Assembly: GCA_964016885.1 (NCBI GenBank)
Contig: OZ024741.1
Location: 17,918,001 to 17,982,000 of the forward strand
DNA from: Eledone cirrhosa
Lineage: Eukaryota
Direction: 5' to 3'
DNA length: 64,000 nt
Position numbers and translations under genes: made by a program. This document shows positions 38,453-53,788 of this stretch, piece after piece; positions within the stretch are counted from its first letter, which is position 1, and each line of letters begins with the position of its first letter. Under the pieces are notes generated by a model. It was not told the origin of the DNA, did no database searches, and was given only the letters and a program-made list of their open reading frames with translations.

Positions 38453-39060
38453 TGGTGGCTGCCAACTCGTTTTCGAGTACGGCCACTACTTTATATCCAT
38501 GCAGGAGAACCCCTACCGATGCGCTGAACGAGTGTGACTTTTTAGTCCAGCCAGCGACTTGAAAATTCTGGTACAAACACTACACTTGTGACAATTATTG
38601 ACACATAGTGCTGGGCCCATGGTACCATGTGACGACAAGTGCAGAGAGATCTCCAGATATAAAGCAATGCCTGTGCCGTGAAGCTTTTATAGTGAGCAAA
38701 GGCACTGCACAAAGCCAATCCCACTCTCTTAACCAAGATGATATTTACCAAAAAGAAGAACAAGTCAACATCATTGGATACCATCAGGGTTGCAGGTGTT
38801 ATATCAGAGTTTTCCTTCTCCTAGAATTCTGCCTTGACAAAGGCTAAGGGGTCATCTCTCCCGGTGATTTTGGATGGCCATTGACTCTTAAGAGCTCCTT
38901 TGCCCTTTGACAGGTTTTGTTTTTAGTCCTGCAGGATGTCCAAAGTCACCCTCCTCACCAAGAAACCTTGGTGGGGTTGCCAGTTTAGTCGCCAATGACC
39001 CGACCATGAGACAGGTTGTACTGGAATACATGTTACCAGTAGCACCAACTGGTGACCTGA
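38453..39060 (-). mobile_element. Probable 5' UTR fragment of an RTE-clade LINE
   Basis: The motifs GAGTCAATGGCCATCC and CTAGGAGAAGGAAAACTCTGA resemble RTE leaders as I recall them; no ORF; microsatellite flanks. Confidence 0.5.
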
Positions 39061-39369
39061 CATACATACATACATACATACATACATACATACATACATA
39101 CATACATGCACACATACATACATAAATATATACATACATACATACATATATACATACATACATATATATAGACATACATATATACATACATATATACATA
39201 CATAAATATATACATACATACATATATACATACATATATATATACGTACATATATACACACACACTAAACCCAACCTATCAAGGGTAAACTTAAGCATTA
39301 AGTAAGTTTTTACATATTGGATCATGTGTTACATTTGGAGATCATAAGACACAAAACTGTAAAGGTCAG

Positions 39370-41353
<1,984 letters not shown>

Positions 41354-42252
41354 TGTTATATAAGACGAACAGACAACTACCTTTTACCTCATCAGTCACC
41401 TTGCTGGCATGCAGTTTCCTGCATTAAGGTGGAATACCACTTGTAAAGCGAGTTAGCGCAATAGATTGGAGAACTGCTGTTGGTAAGATGTATGAGTTAC
41501 AACAACAACAACAACAACAACAAAAAAAAGAATGGTCAGAAAAATTTAAGGATTTAAGGGTGTCTTTCGATATAACCAGGCATGAATACATAAAACATAG
41601 CGACTAGAAATATATAATGGGTCGCTTGTAACATGGACAACAGACTAACGCCGGAAAAATTGATAAATTTAGTTTTTTGTCAAAAGAATATGGTAGGGTT
41701 GCTGAGCTTGAGAACAGGGGTCTGCTATCTATCAACGTTGTGAAACAAAGGAAAGAATGGATGGAATAAAGTATAAAGGGGAGAAGAAGACGAGAGAAGG
41801 ATAGTGAGAGAAACAAGGGGAGATTGGAAGAGAGGGTAGGGAGTGATATAAAAGGAAATAGAGAAGAGACGTGGCCACACGAATAAAAATGTAACAATTT
41901 ATCCGGAAACGGTGGCATGTTAGAGAAGGGTTTAACAAAGGATTCAATACCTTATGTAGAGCACATAATTCTTTGATTTAAGAAGAAGAATGTTACCAAA
42001 TAGAGACTATTTCCTTTGGCTAAGCCCTCGCTCAGAGTTCTTTCCCTTTGTTAGTTGATGTACTTGGAATATTTTTTCATCTTATTTGTGTAATTCGCCG
42101 AATGGTATAACTTGGTCTGTCTTTTTCTCTACCTGTTTTGTCACATGCATATGTACACTGGAGTGAAGGGTATCGACCTTAATGAACCGAAACCATAGTG
42201 ATTTCCAGAGGTTGACAGAGAAGAACGGGTTGTGCTTTTTTCTAATATTTTT

Positions 42253-42291
<39 letters not shown>

Positions 42292-42496
42292 TTAAGGGTA
42301 CTATTTATAGTTATGTATGCAATAAAACCTTTAATGGTAATATATTATATATACACAAACCCTAAATATTGAAAGATAGTCATTAATTACTATCCTATTA
42401 CCAGTAAGATAAATAGCTCAATGTAATAACATCAGTTGTTTTACAGAGCAGTTATATAGAGATTACAATAATCAAAGTTCAGTTTAAGTCATTTAT

Positions 42497-42545
42497 TTGC
42501 TTACAATTGTTTCCTCCAAACCGAGGTTTGGATTCTTCGGAGCAA
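42497..42545 (-). ncRNA. Variant hammerhead (CCGAAGA core)
   Basis: ttgct-CCGAAGA-a-tccaaac(ctcg)gtttgga-g-GAAAC-aatt-GTA-agcaa. Confidence 0.7.
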
Positions 42546-44465
42546 CTATTCACTGATCTATAACATACTTGACCTCCTTTTCAACCCAAGAGACACGTAA
42601 AACTTATGCGCATATTGATCAACAGTGGGGTGACATTCATCAAATGATATAGCATGGCAATTTACATATAAAGGTTACAGGATAAAAATAAAATAAAAAC
42701 AAGAATGAAAATAAAGATAAACATGAAGCGTTGGCAGTCTATGAAGATAAAGCAAGAGGAAAGTTTAGAGTAGTCAGTGTATGAAACAGTCTCACGTGTA
42801 GCATGCACGCGTGTCTTATTTATACATGATAAGAGTGCGTCAGAATGATATTTGCAGGGTCAGGCAGTTGAAGCAGGCAATCGATCTTATTATGTGGGCT
42901 GGATTATTAAGTCATTTATTCTCATACATCTGTATGATATACAGTCTCGGATGCAGGGAAACACCAAAATATCAAAAACTTTCCACATACTATAAACCTT
43001 ATTGTATCGTAGGCAAAGCCGTACCACTGTCTTCGCTCACACCACCACTCACATAATCCATAAGACGCAATATATATAGAGAACACTTGTCTATCGTATA
43101 ATTCGCGGTGGTTCAGCATATAATCAAGCTATAAACCGTATCCAGTCGGTTCTTAATTAATAGATCATGCTGTCCAGATTCCGGAAGTGTCTGAATGACT
43201 AAGGGGAATTAATGCGTAAGGGGAGGTAACTAGCTAGTTATCTTAGTTAAATTACTATCCTAAACTACATTAATGGTGATTCAAATACGTGCCTATCATA
43301 TGAAGTTATAACTAATTTCTAGAGTATGTTACCCATTTATAGGTTAGAGAGTTGTCCATTAAGAAGTACAAGGGTGTATATATTAGGATGGTTACCATCC
43401 ATTAAGGGGTGTCATATCCGAACGTTCTATAAGAGGAGTCAGACTCTCAAGTCACTGTTCCATGCAAATGTAATATAACAGTAGGACCTGGTATGGTCCC
43501 ACTATTATATATGCCACCCGGTAGGCTCCGGGTCATTGCATGTCTGAATCTCCAGTAAATCTTCGGTATGGTCCGGAGATCCAATTTCTCATATAAAGGC
43601 ACTAGTCTGGTCATCAAGCAATAGACAACCCCCGTCTCATATATAAATCAATTAGGTATCACATCTACAAGCCAGAGTGGAGTCTATTAATAGGTACTAA
43701 AGGAGTTCACATCAAGATGATTACAATCTGGAGATTAAATCTCTCATACCAGGGCACCTGTCTGGCCACCAAGCAATACATAAACCCACGTCCCACATAT
43801 AGATCAGGTATCCCATCCACAGGTTAGAGTGGAGTCCAGTAACAAGTACTAAAGGAGTTCGTATCATGATGACTACAATCCAACAAGGGGTGCCACACCC
43901 GGCCAATCCATAAGAAGAGTCAGACTACATAATTAACTACATGGGTCTCACTATCAGTAATGGTCTTATTATCATACATGACTCCCGGCGAGATTCAGGT
44001 CGTAGTATGACTGCATCGCCGGTAAGTTCACCAGGGTGGTCCGGTGGCCGGTTCTTTCGTCAAAAGGTGCCGGTCAGGTCACCAGGCAACACAGATGCTC
44101 CTAACTCATGCATCTCCCGTGCATAATTCATTGAACTGATCGTTTACAGTATATATTCAGATAACAATACGATTATCTATCTAATCATCAATCTATCTCT
44201 TGGTGGGAATCCATGCACAGGACTATGTTATCGCAACCAGTAATGTGTCCCCAGTTTATACTAATCTTATATTTGTGCAATGCAGAATAAGTAGTCCACG
44301 GTCGAGATATCAGAATTAGAGGTACAAGGGGGTATTCCCAGGGTAGGTGGTACTAAAATGCTGTCAGTATTATCTTTAGAGTATAGAAATGGGTGTGGAT
44401 GTGAGGTGTAAGGTGTGCTACTGATGTTAATCGCTAGGGGTGGTGCCGGTTCCAGTCTGACATTA

Positions 44466-45506
44466 TTATATATAGGGTTTAAAGTTTTGGAACGAGTGTC
44501 GGAAGCTGTGTTGGCAAGTTGCGAACACTTCTGATTTTTTATTAAGGAGATTATGTTTAGAGAAGATGATAGTATGGGTCTCTAGTAGACAGAGGTTACA
44601 AAATTTATTAGGTGGTTTGTACGATGTTGCACTATCTACCACTTCCCATTTAAGTGTATATATTTTATTTTTAGTTTTTAGATGGTGTATGTAGCTAGAT
44701 AGTGAAGTGGAGTTGGCTAGACTGTGTTTTTTGAAAGAGTGGAGGTGCGAATTGTATCTAGTTTTGAAGCAGTTAGAAGTGGAGCCTATATAGGTTTTAG
44801 AAGAGCTGTTAGTTGTGACTGTACATGAGTATATGATATCCTTGGTTAAGCATTTTTTATCTAAAGGGCAGGTTCTGCTTGATCTACAGTTACAATTACT
44901 CTGGGTGCTAGTCTGCCGGTTACTATGCTGTGTAGAAGTTTGGATGTTAGCTATAGGGTTATGGTTATGTGGGTTGTGGTACGCAGCGTTAATGTTTACA
45001 CTAGTGTTATTACTATTATTTCCATTGATATTACGGTTATTTGTTATAATGTTACTTTGACTGTTATTTTGAATGTTATTTTGAAGGTTTATCGACCGTT
45101 GTGATTTAGTTTGTTGGAAGTAAGAATTAATTTTTCTTTTATTTGTACTAACTATGTGGTATGCTAAGTTAGGCGTAGTAGAGTATGAGATCTTAATAGT
45201 GTTTTTATTTAAAAGGCCGTGGTACCTGTGGCCGGATGGGAAGTGTTTATCTAGTAGTGAGAAGAAAGCCCTAGGAAGGTTGGTAGAGACGTTTAAATTG
45301 AAAGGAGGGTTGAAAAATGTATTATTTCTTCATCTATTTCTGTTTTTTATGTCTGGTGATTTGTTTCCTTTAATGTCCCTATGGTCATTTCTGTGGTGCG
45401 GGTTACTTTTGTTGTTACAATCCCTATTAGTGTGTGTGCAGTTGCTATTCCTATTATTAAATTTTCCCATGGACATGTTGTGTGAAATGATGTTGTAGCT
45501 ATGTGT
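44466..45506 (-). pseudogene. PLE linker plus GIY-YIG endonuclease (missed by ORF track); one in-frame TGA at 45330-45332
   Basis: Manual translation: NIISHNMSM..FFNPPF..CNCRSSRTCPLDKKC..IIYSC..TYIGSTSNCFKTRYNSH..CNLCLLE..LLNKKSE..CQH; homologous to ORF 19657-21936. Confidence 0.9.
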
Positions 45507-46559
45507 TTTTATATGAGAAATTGGATCTCCGGACCATACCGAAGATTTACTGGAGATTCAGACATGCAATGACCCGGAGCCTACCGGGTGGCATATATAA
45601 TAGTGGGACCATACCAGGTCCTACTGTTATATTACATTTGCATGGAACAGTGACTTGAGAGTCTGACTCCTCTTATAGAACGTTCGGATATGACACCCCT
45701 TAATGGATGGTAACCATCCTAATATATACACCCTTGTACTTCTTAATGGACAACTCTCTAACCTATAAATGGGTAACATACTCTAGAAATTAGTTATAAC
45801 TTCATATGATAGGCACGTATTTGAATCACCATTAATGTAGTTTAGGATAGTAATTTAACTAAGATAACTAGCTAGTTACCTCCCCTTACGCATTAATTCC
45901 CCTTAGTCATTCAGACACTTCCGGAATCTGGACAGCATGATCTATTAATTAAGAACCGACTGGATACGGTTTATAGCTTGATTATATGCTGAACCACCGC
46001 GAATTATACGATAGACAAGTGTTCTCTATATATATTGCGTCTCATGGATTATGTGAGTGGTGGTGTGAGCGAAGACAGTGGTACGGCTTTGCCTACGATA
46101 CAATAAGGTTTATAGTATGTGGAAAGTTTTTGATATTTTGGTGTTTCCCTGCATCCGAGACTGTATATCATACAGATGTATGAGAATAAATGACTTAATA
46201 ATCCAGCCCACATAATAAGATCGATTGCCTGCTTCAACTGCCTGACCCTGCAAATATCATTCTGACGCACTCTTATCATGTATAAATAAGACACGCGTGC
46301 ATGCTACACGTGAGACTGTTTCATACACTGACTACTCTAAACTTTCCTCTTGCTTTATCTTCATAGACTGCCAACGCTTCATGTTTATCTTTATTTTCAT
46401 TCTTGTTTTTATTTTATTTTTATCCTGTAACCTTTATATGTAAATTGCCATGCTATATCATTTGATGAATGTCACCCCACTGTTGATCAATATGCGCATA
46501 AGTTTTACGTGTCTCTTGGGTTGAAAAGGAGGTCAAGTATGTTATAGATCAGTGAATAG

Positions 46560-46608
46560 TTGCTCCGAAGAATCCAAACCTCGGTTTGGAGGAAACAATT
46601 GTAAGCAA
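46560..46608 (+). ncRNA. Variant hammerhead (inverted arm)
   Basis: Reverse complement of 42497-42545. Confidence 0.7.
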
Positions 46609-46753
46609 ATAAATGACTTAAACTGAACTTTGATTATTGTAATCTCTCTCTCTATATATATATATATTCTAATTGTCCAAATACATAAACCAATCGACAA
46701 CAAATAGGAAATCAAATGGGGAGGGTGGGGGGCGTATCCAACATGTTTTCAAA

Positions 46754-46982
46754 TACGATCAAAGGCTGAAAAGTTCATAGGCTGACTGTGAAGGAGTCAT
46801 GCTAGAGCTGTGAAATCTTGTATGCATTAATTTTAACTCATCTTATTAATAAGAATCATCGTTTGTGCATTCTTTCTTTCCAGGGACTATGTTGAAAAAT
46901 AAATCTTATTTGGTCATTCCATGACAGTATCTTGGTCAGTCTATGAACTGTTCAGGCTATGAACTTTTCATCTGAATCTCGT
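46754..46982. mobile_element. Mariner-derived MITE
   Basis: TIRs: TACGA..GCTGAAAAGTTCATAGGCTGAC and GTCAGTCTATGAAC..CTATGAACTTTTCATC..TCGT; the right TIR is partly duplicated. Confidence 0.7.
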
Positions 46983-47331
46983 CGTTCCCATCTACCACAA
47001 TATCACTCACATGACATTGACACGAGGTTATGATAAATGAGACTTGCTCTTGACGCATCGTCGAGGGTTCGAACCTGCAAACTTAAGATAGCAAAGTGAA
47101 CTAGTTAATGATACGACCGAGGTGCGTCAACAAACGTGAGTGTAGAGAACAATGGAAGTTACATTTGCAGAAACACCCCATTTCAGAGGGAAATCTGAAG
47201 CCTATGTCTACACTGGGTATTAGAGATGGACGGTAGATAATGGTTGAAAAACATGTGTCTCCCACAGAAATAGGATATTTGCTTTGCGTGTTAGGAAGAC
47301 ATCATTGATATTAATGTTAGGATTTTATATA

Positions 47332-47385
<54 letters not shown>

Positions 47386-47622
47386 TTTGAGTATGTGTTG
47401 GTTGTTGACTTACACTTCTTATATATATATATGTGTGTGTATATATATATATATATAAGAAGTGTAAGTCAACAACCAACACATACTCACATATATATAT
47501 ATGTTTTTATGTGTGTGTATGGATATATACATATATATGTACATATTTATATATATATGTATTGACAGTTCATCTATATAGAAATATGTGTAAGAGTAAA
47601 TTACAAGGTAAGTAGATAATTA

Positions 47623-47709
<87 letters not shown>

Positions 47710-47914
47710 AGAGAGAGAGGTGGGGTTACATCATTGTTTCAATAATTATAGTTTTGTGTGTGTGTAACATAAGAAAATAGATTTAACTACTTTATTTTCC
47801 TTGTATTAGGAGCTTTTATATATGTACGTATAAACATACACACACACATACACACACACACATACACCTACACATGCACCTACACACACAAATACACACA
47901 CATATATATATATG

Positions 47915-48090
47915 TTAATATTGTTATCCTTGGGGAGGGTCATATTGTTGTAATAATATTTCCAGAAATAATAACAGAACACACTCACTGTTCGGTTGGT
48001 TTTCGCTTCTGTATCTTTTATATCTCCATAATTAAAAATACAGATATAAATATATATATATAGTCTATCAAAGTTCTTTCGTTGCACATC
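47915..48090 (-). mobile_element. 3' fragment related to the 57771-58298 element, broken within its hammerhead
   Basis: TATTGTTAT..TTGGGGAGGGTCAT end motif; TCAAAGTTCTTTCGT matches the 3' half of hammerhead 58043-58085. Confidence 0.55.
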
Positions 48091-48422
48091 TATATTAATA
48101 GGTTGAGGAAATCACAATAGCACGAAGTACTTCATGCAAGTCTAGTACTGCAACATCGTACCACTAACTACTTACTGGGGTTAAACAGTAACACAGTATA
48201 TCTCTATGGAATTCTATATTGAGGTGGCGAAGATCGAACAGCTTCATGAGGGGAGTCAACAATAGTTCAATACGATCAGTGTCTTAACGATCATCAAATC
48301 ATCCAATAAAGACATCAAAGTTATTGATACATCTCACAAATTAATTATGAACATCAACAAACATTAATACAGCTAACAATAAACAATAGTACGGTCAGTC
48401 GGTAAAGGACCAAAAAATGGTG

Positions 48423-48453
<31 letters not shown>

Positions 48454-48588
48454 GGAAAAGAGTCAGGACCCCGACGGTTGAGCTCCGGCCGTTTCAACAG
48501 CTAGTTCCTATTACCCACTCTACTACCCAAAGTATCAAGTACACTGGTGCGTTCTGGTCCACCTGGTTCCTTACCACACTTCCTTCGT

Positions 48589-48686
<98 letters not shown>

Positions 48687-49408
48687 GATAGGGGGAAGAA
48701 AAAAATGGCTTCACTTGTGCTTTTCTCCCCCTTTAATAATTGTAGGGGTGTAGGTGTGTTGAAAAAATGTTAATAGCAGTGATGAGTTGAGACAGTGAGT
48801 AGGGTTGGGTGGGGAGAAATGTAGCAAGCGCGGTCTGCCCCGATCATTCTCGAAAAATTCCTTTATTCAGGGGAAAAAGCTTTTAGTATTCCTTTGTATC
48901 GAAAATGGTCATAGGCAAACCGCACCTGCCAAGCTTGTAAACAATTATTTTTTTCTGAAGAATTTTTCTACGTCCATCCCAAAATTAGTCCTTTGTTCAA
49001 CACACACATATGTGCGTATATACGTACATACACACACGGGCATATGTAGGAATATATAGGCACACACCATCAATCACACACCCATGTACCTATACATCCA
49101 CATAATACATAAAAACATATAAAGACACATATAAAAACACATATACACATACGTACACACACGAATATGTACTCATACCTCCACATGGGTATATATATAT
49201 ATATACATACATATACATATATATACACACATAAAGATACATAACTAAATATACATATATACACATACACACACACATACACACACACACACACACGTGT
49301 ACACACACACACACACATACACATATGTCCGTATATATACATCCGTTCACACATACATGCATACACACACACACATATATATATATATAGAGGCATACAC
49401 ACACACAT

Positions 49409-49491
<83 letters not shown>

Positions 49492-49535
49492 AACACATAC
49501 ACACATATACATATATATACACATATATATATATT

Positions 49536-49612
<77 letters not shown>

Positions 49613-49614
49613 AC

Positions 49615-50921
49615 CACAAAACACTCAAGTCACATTTCAGAAAGATTCCCCAAAGAATTCATCTTGGAAGGACTTAAATTAGTATTGGAAAACAACCACT
49701 TCCTCTTTGACAAAGAACTTTATCTACAAATAAAAGGAACAGCCATGGGTACCAAAGTGGCCCCTACATATGCAATGCTCGTTATGGGTCACTTAGAGGC
49801 AAAATTATATTCCCAACTACAGATAACATTCAGTCACGACTTCGCCTTCTAAATTAATAAAAACTGGATACGTTACCTAGATGACTGCTTCATCTTCTGG
49901 AACAGAAGCCAAACAGACCTACAAAAATTTTATTCGATCTTAAACAGGCTTCATGAAGCTATACAATTCACTATGGAATGTAACGAAAAGGAACTGCCCT
50001 TTCTAGATATCCTCATCATTAAAGAAGGGGAAAATATCATAACGGACCTATTTTGCAAACCCACTGACACACACCAATACTTAAATTTCCGGTCAGCACA
50101 CCCCTCACATACGAAAAGGAACATTCCCTTCAACATGGCAAGGCGCATCTGCACTATAGCAACACACCCCGTACTACAAGAAAAAAGATTATGTGACCTG
50201 AAAAAATTCCTTAAAAAACAAAAATACCCGATGAAACTCATCAACGCAGCCATCTCCAAGGCTAAGAACATCCCAATAAAAACAGAGAAAACCAAACCCA
50301 CAACATACAAAAGAAAACCCTGCTATCTCTTTTTTCATCACTCACAACCCAGGGAACATCAACATTGTGAAAACTGCTAAGCAGTATCTCCCGATTCTAC
50401 AGCAATCTACCAAAATGAATGCACTCTTAAAAAACACACAGATAATTTATAGCAGATGCCAAGCACCCAACCGTAAAAAACTAATTACCAAGGTAAAATT
50501 TACGACCAACATGGAATCAATGCAAGTGACGAAATGCGGGGACACTAGATGTGGAACCTGTGAACTCATCGAAGAGGGCAAACAGTTGTCCTTCAAAAAC
50601 CATGATAATTTCAAGGTCAATGCAAACATGAACTGCAAAACGAAAAACCTAATATATTGCGGAACATGTCCACAGTGTAAAGAGTATTACATTGGGGAAA
50701 CCGGAACGGGACTACATGATAGAGTCCGGGTACATAAACAACAAATTAAAGACTCCACAGTCAGAAATACCACATGTAGCGCACACTTTGCATCATGCGG
50801 GAAGGGAAAATTCACAATCTTCCCTTTCTTCAAGATATGGTCGGATAACGAACATTTCCGCAGATATAAAGAAGAATTCTTCATTGAAAAATTTAAACCA
50901 CTACTGAACACGAAAAAATGA
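49615..50921 (+). pseudogene. Neptune-like RT plus Cys-rich linker plus GIY-YIG; stop at 49850 and frameshift near 50300
   Basis: GTAMGT..APTYA, RYLDD, LPFLD, KPTD, SAHP, RCGTC, LIYCGTCPQC..YIGETG..RVRVH, PLLN. Confidence 0.9.
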
Positions 50922-51121
50922 ATTAACACTCGGAGGTAAAATTCCATTTCACTACTCCCCCCCCCCCTCTTCTTATGTGTACACATGAATATCTGAGTGA
51001 ACGGTGAGACACACACATATATATGTGCAGGTATGTATGGATGTATGTACGTGTGGGTATATATGTATGTGGGTGTGTGTATGTGTGTGTATATATATGT
51101 ATGGATGTGTGTATGTATGTA

Positions 51122-51170
<49 letters not shown>

Positions 51171-51209
51171 ATGTATATATATGTATATGTATATGTATGT
51201 GTATATTTG

Positions 51210-51265
<56 letters not shown>

Positions 51266-51419
51266 TGTTTATATGTGCGTGTATGTATATGTATGTATCT
51301 ATATGTGTGTGTGTGTGTATGTATGTGCATATATGTATATATGTGTGTACGTATATGTATGTTTCTGTATGTGTATATGTATGTATGTATGTAGATGTAT
51401 ATATATATATGTATATAAT

Positions 51420-51780
51420 TAATTAAATACTTAATACAATAACAGAGATAGTTTAAAGCTAAACTCTGACTGGTAACCATCTCACTCAACAAACATTAGG
51501 TTATATTAAAATATAAACCCAATTTAAGTGTTTGGGGTTCTAACAATATGTATAATGTGGAAAAACCAGTTGTATTATTTTATGAGATATAATTAAAGTT
51601 AAAGTATATCTCTCTTTCCAAACAATTGTTTCATTATAAGTTTTCTACAAGTTTGGGAGAATGTTTCCAGTTTATGTAGAAGCCTAATATATATTCATGT
51701 AAGAATATATTTAGGTGGGCACCTATAAATCATCAGTGGAAACCCATTAAACATTGATATAAGAAAACAATTTCTTACCG
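51420..51780 (-). mobile_element. PLE 3' end nested within the Neptune element span
   Basis: Branched hammerhead followed by the ACCC..TTGAGT hairpin (51484-51538), ending in TA-rich repeat. Confidence 0.6.
51615..51742 (-). ncRNA. Hammerhead ribozyme with branched domain II
   Basis: tttcca-CTGATGA-t-ttatagg-[cctaaatatatt/aatatatattagg hairpin][ttctaca/tgtagaa hairpin]-cttataa-t-GAAAC-aatt-GTT-tggaaa. Confidence 0.75.
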
Positions 51781-52445
51781 CTGTCAAAAATCATGTCCGT
51801 AAAGTTGCTCTCTCTCACCTCGAATGACCGCCAAATTTGAAATTCCAGCAGTTTTTGACTGAGGAAGTATCATAGCGACACGAAGCGGGAAGGGGAGACA
51901 ACCCACGATCCACGAAATGAGGAAAAAAAAATAATATACACGCGGGTTAATTAGTTTTTTTGAAAACATTATCAATCCAACGTGTTTAAGAACTCAATTG
52001 AAAATAAAAAAATAAATATATGCTTGTATAACTTACACACGCATATAGATATTTTCTTAGGCTAAATCAGAAGTTGTACCCGAATAAGAACCGCTTCTCA
52101 TAACCGCAGTAAATGCAGAAAGTTATGCTATAAAGGGCAAATGGGAATATAATTCTCCGGCCGAATTATTAAGAGTAAAATATAAAACACACGCGGGTTA
52201 ATTAGTTATTTCAAAACCAATATTAATTCCTCGTGTAAAGAACTCAATTAATAAAAGAAAATAAATACATATATGCATGTAATTATATACGTAGGCATAA
52301 TGTGTCTTTATGTGTTTGTGTGTACATATATATATATATATATATGTATGTATATGTATGTATGTATATGTATATATATATATATATGTATGTATATGTA
52401 TGTGTATATATGTATTTGTGTATGTATGTTTTGTATGTGTATCTG

Positions 52446-52489
<44 letters not shown>

Positions 52490-53584
52490 AATATATATAT
52501 ATGTGTATATATATGTATATGTGTCTGTATGTGTTTATGTGTATATATATATATGTATGTGTGTGTGTATGCCTCTATATATATATATGTGTGTGTATGT
52601 GTGTGTGTGTGTATGCATGTATGTGTGAACGGATGTATATATACGGACATATGTATATGTGTGTGTGTGTGTGTTTGTGTGTATGTGTGTGTGTATGTGT
52701 ATATATGTATATTTAGTTATGTATCTTTATGTGTGTATATATATGTATATGTATGTATATATATATATATACCCATGTGGAGGTATGAGTACATATTCGT
52801 GTGTGTACGTATGTGTATATGTGTTTTTATATGTGTCTTTATATGTTTTTATGTATGTATATGGATGTATAGGTACATGGGTGTGTGATTGATGGTGTGT
52901 GCCTATATATTCCTACATATGCCAGTGTGTGTATGTACGTATATACGCACATATGTGTGTGTTGAACAAAGGACTAATTTTGGGATGGACGTAGAAAAAT
53001 TCTTCAGAAAAAAATAATTGTTTACAAGCTTGGCAGGTGCGGTTTGCCTATGACCATTTTCGATACAAAGGAATACTAAAAGCTTTTTCCCCTGAATAAA
53101 GGAATTTTTCGAGAATGACTGGGGCAAGCCGCGCTTGCTACATTTCTCCCCACCCAACCCTACTCACTGTCTCAACTCATCACTGCGATTAACATTTTTT
53201 CAACACACCTACACCCCTACACTTATTAAAGGGGGAGAAAAAAAACCCCGCCACACCACAAACATGTTAAATCCCTATATATAGAACAACACACCACATA
53301 CACATCAGTTTGACAAGCGCACCTCAGCGTGAAAGGTCTTTCTAAAAACGAAACAATACCTCTTACGTTAACCAAGAACTCCTAAGACCTAACCAACAAC
53401 CAACGACTTAATTTATAAAATTTTTATTTTTTTTATTTTTTCTAATCCGGAAAAAAATTCTTTTTGGATTTTGTGAAGAAAGTAAATTTGTTGAAAGCAC
53501 AAGTGAAGCCATTTTTTTCTTCCCCCCTGTCTTAATATACCTAACTGTACCAAGGATTACACACATTTTCCAATATATATATAT

Positions 53585-53705
<121 letters not shown>

Positions 53706-53741
53706 TTCACAAGAATCAAAGCTATGTTCAAAGCATTTATT

Positions 53742-53788
53742 CACTTACAATTGTTTCATCCAAACCTAGGCTTGGAGTCTTCGGAGCA
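53742..53788 (-). ncRNA. Variant hammerhead (CCGAAGA core)
   Basis: tgct-CCGAAGA-c-tccaagc(ctag)gtttgga-t-GAAAC-aatt-GTA-agtg. Confidence 0.65.

Larger units (their letters stand above)
42289..46647 (-). mobile_element. 5'-truncated Naiad-type PLE with ~1.14-kb near-identical inverted arms
   Basis: Arms at 42458-43597 and 45508-46647; extension 42289-42457 on one arm only; (TA)n flanks. Confidence 0.9.
48683..53573 (+). mobile_element. Neptune-type PLE, 5'-truncated, with inverted 5' arm
   Basis: 48683-~49615 is the reverse complement of ~52440-53240 joined to 53493-53537. A ~35-nt tail (53540-53573) is on one arm only. Confidence 0.85.

Noticed and set aside
41396-41482. 87-nt candidate exon with AG and GTAAGA signals
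   Set aside because: Stop codons in all three frames.
42158-42208. Hammerhead-like ctgga-GTGAAGG..GAAAC..tccag (similar at ~53325-53370; half motif at ~56628-56655)
   Set aside because: The core or cleavage triplet is missing or non-canonical; these are at best decayed remnants.
43600-44095. SGHQA(I)H zinc-finger-like peptide repeated in the PLE UTR
   Set aside because: Adjacent stops, no CxxC, and the remaining differences are mostly non-synonymous.
45330-45332. In-frame TGA as selenocysteine (reported in some Naiads)
   Set aside because: It aligns with an Arg run (RRR) in the sister element rather than with Cys, so CGA>TGA decay is the simpler explanation; no SECIS was recognised.
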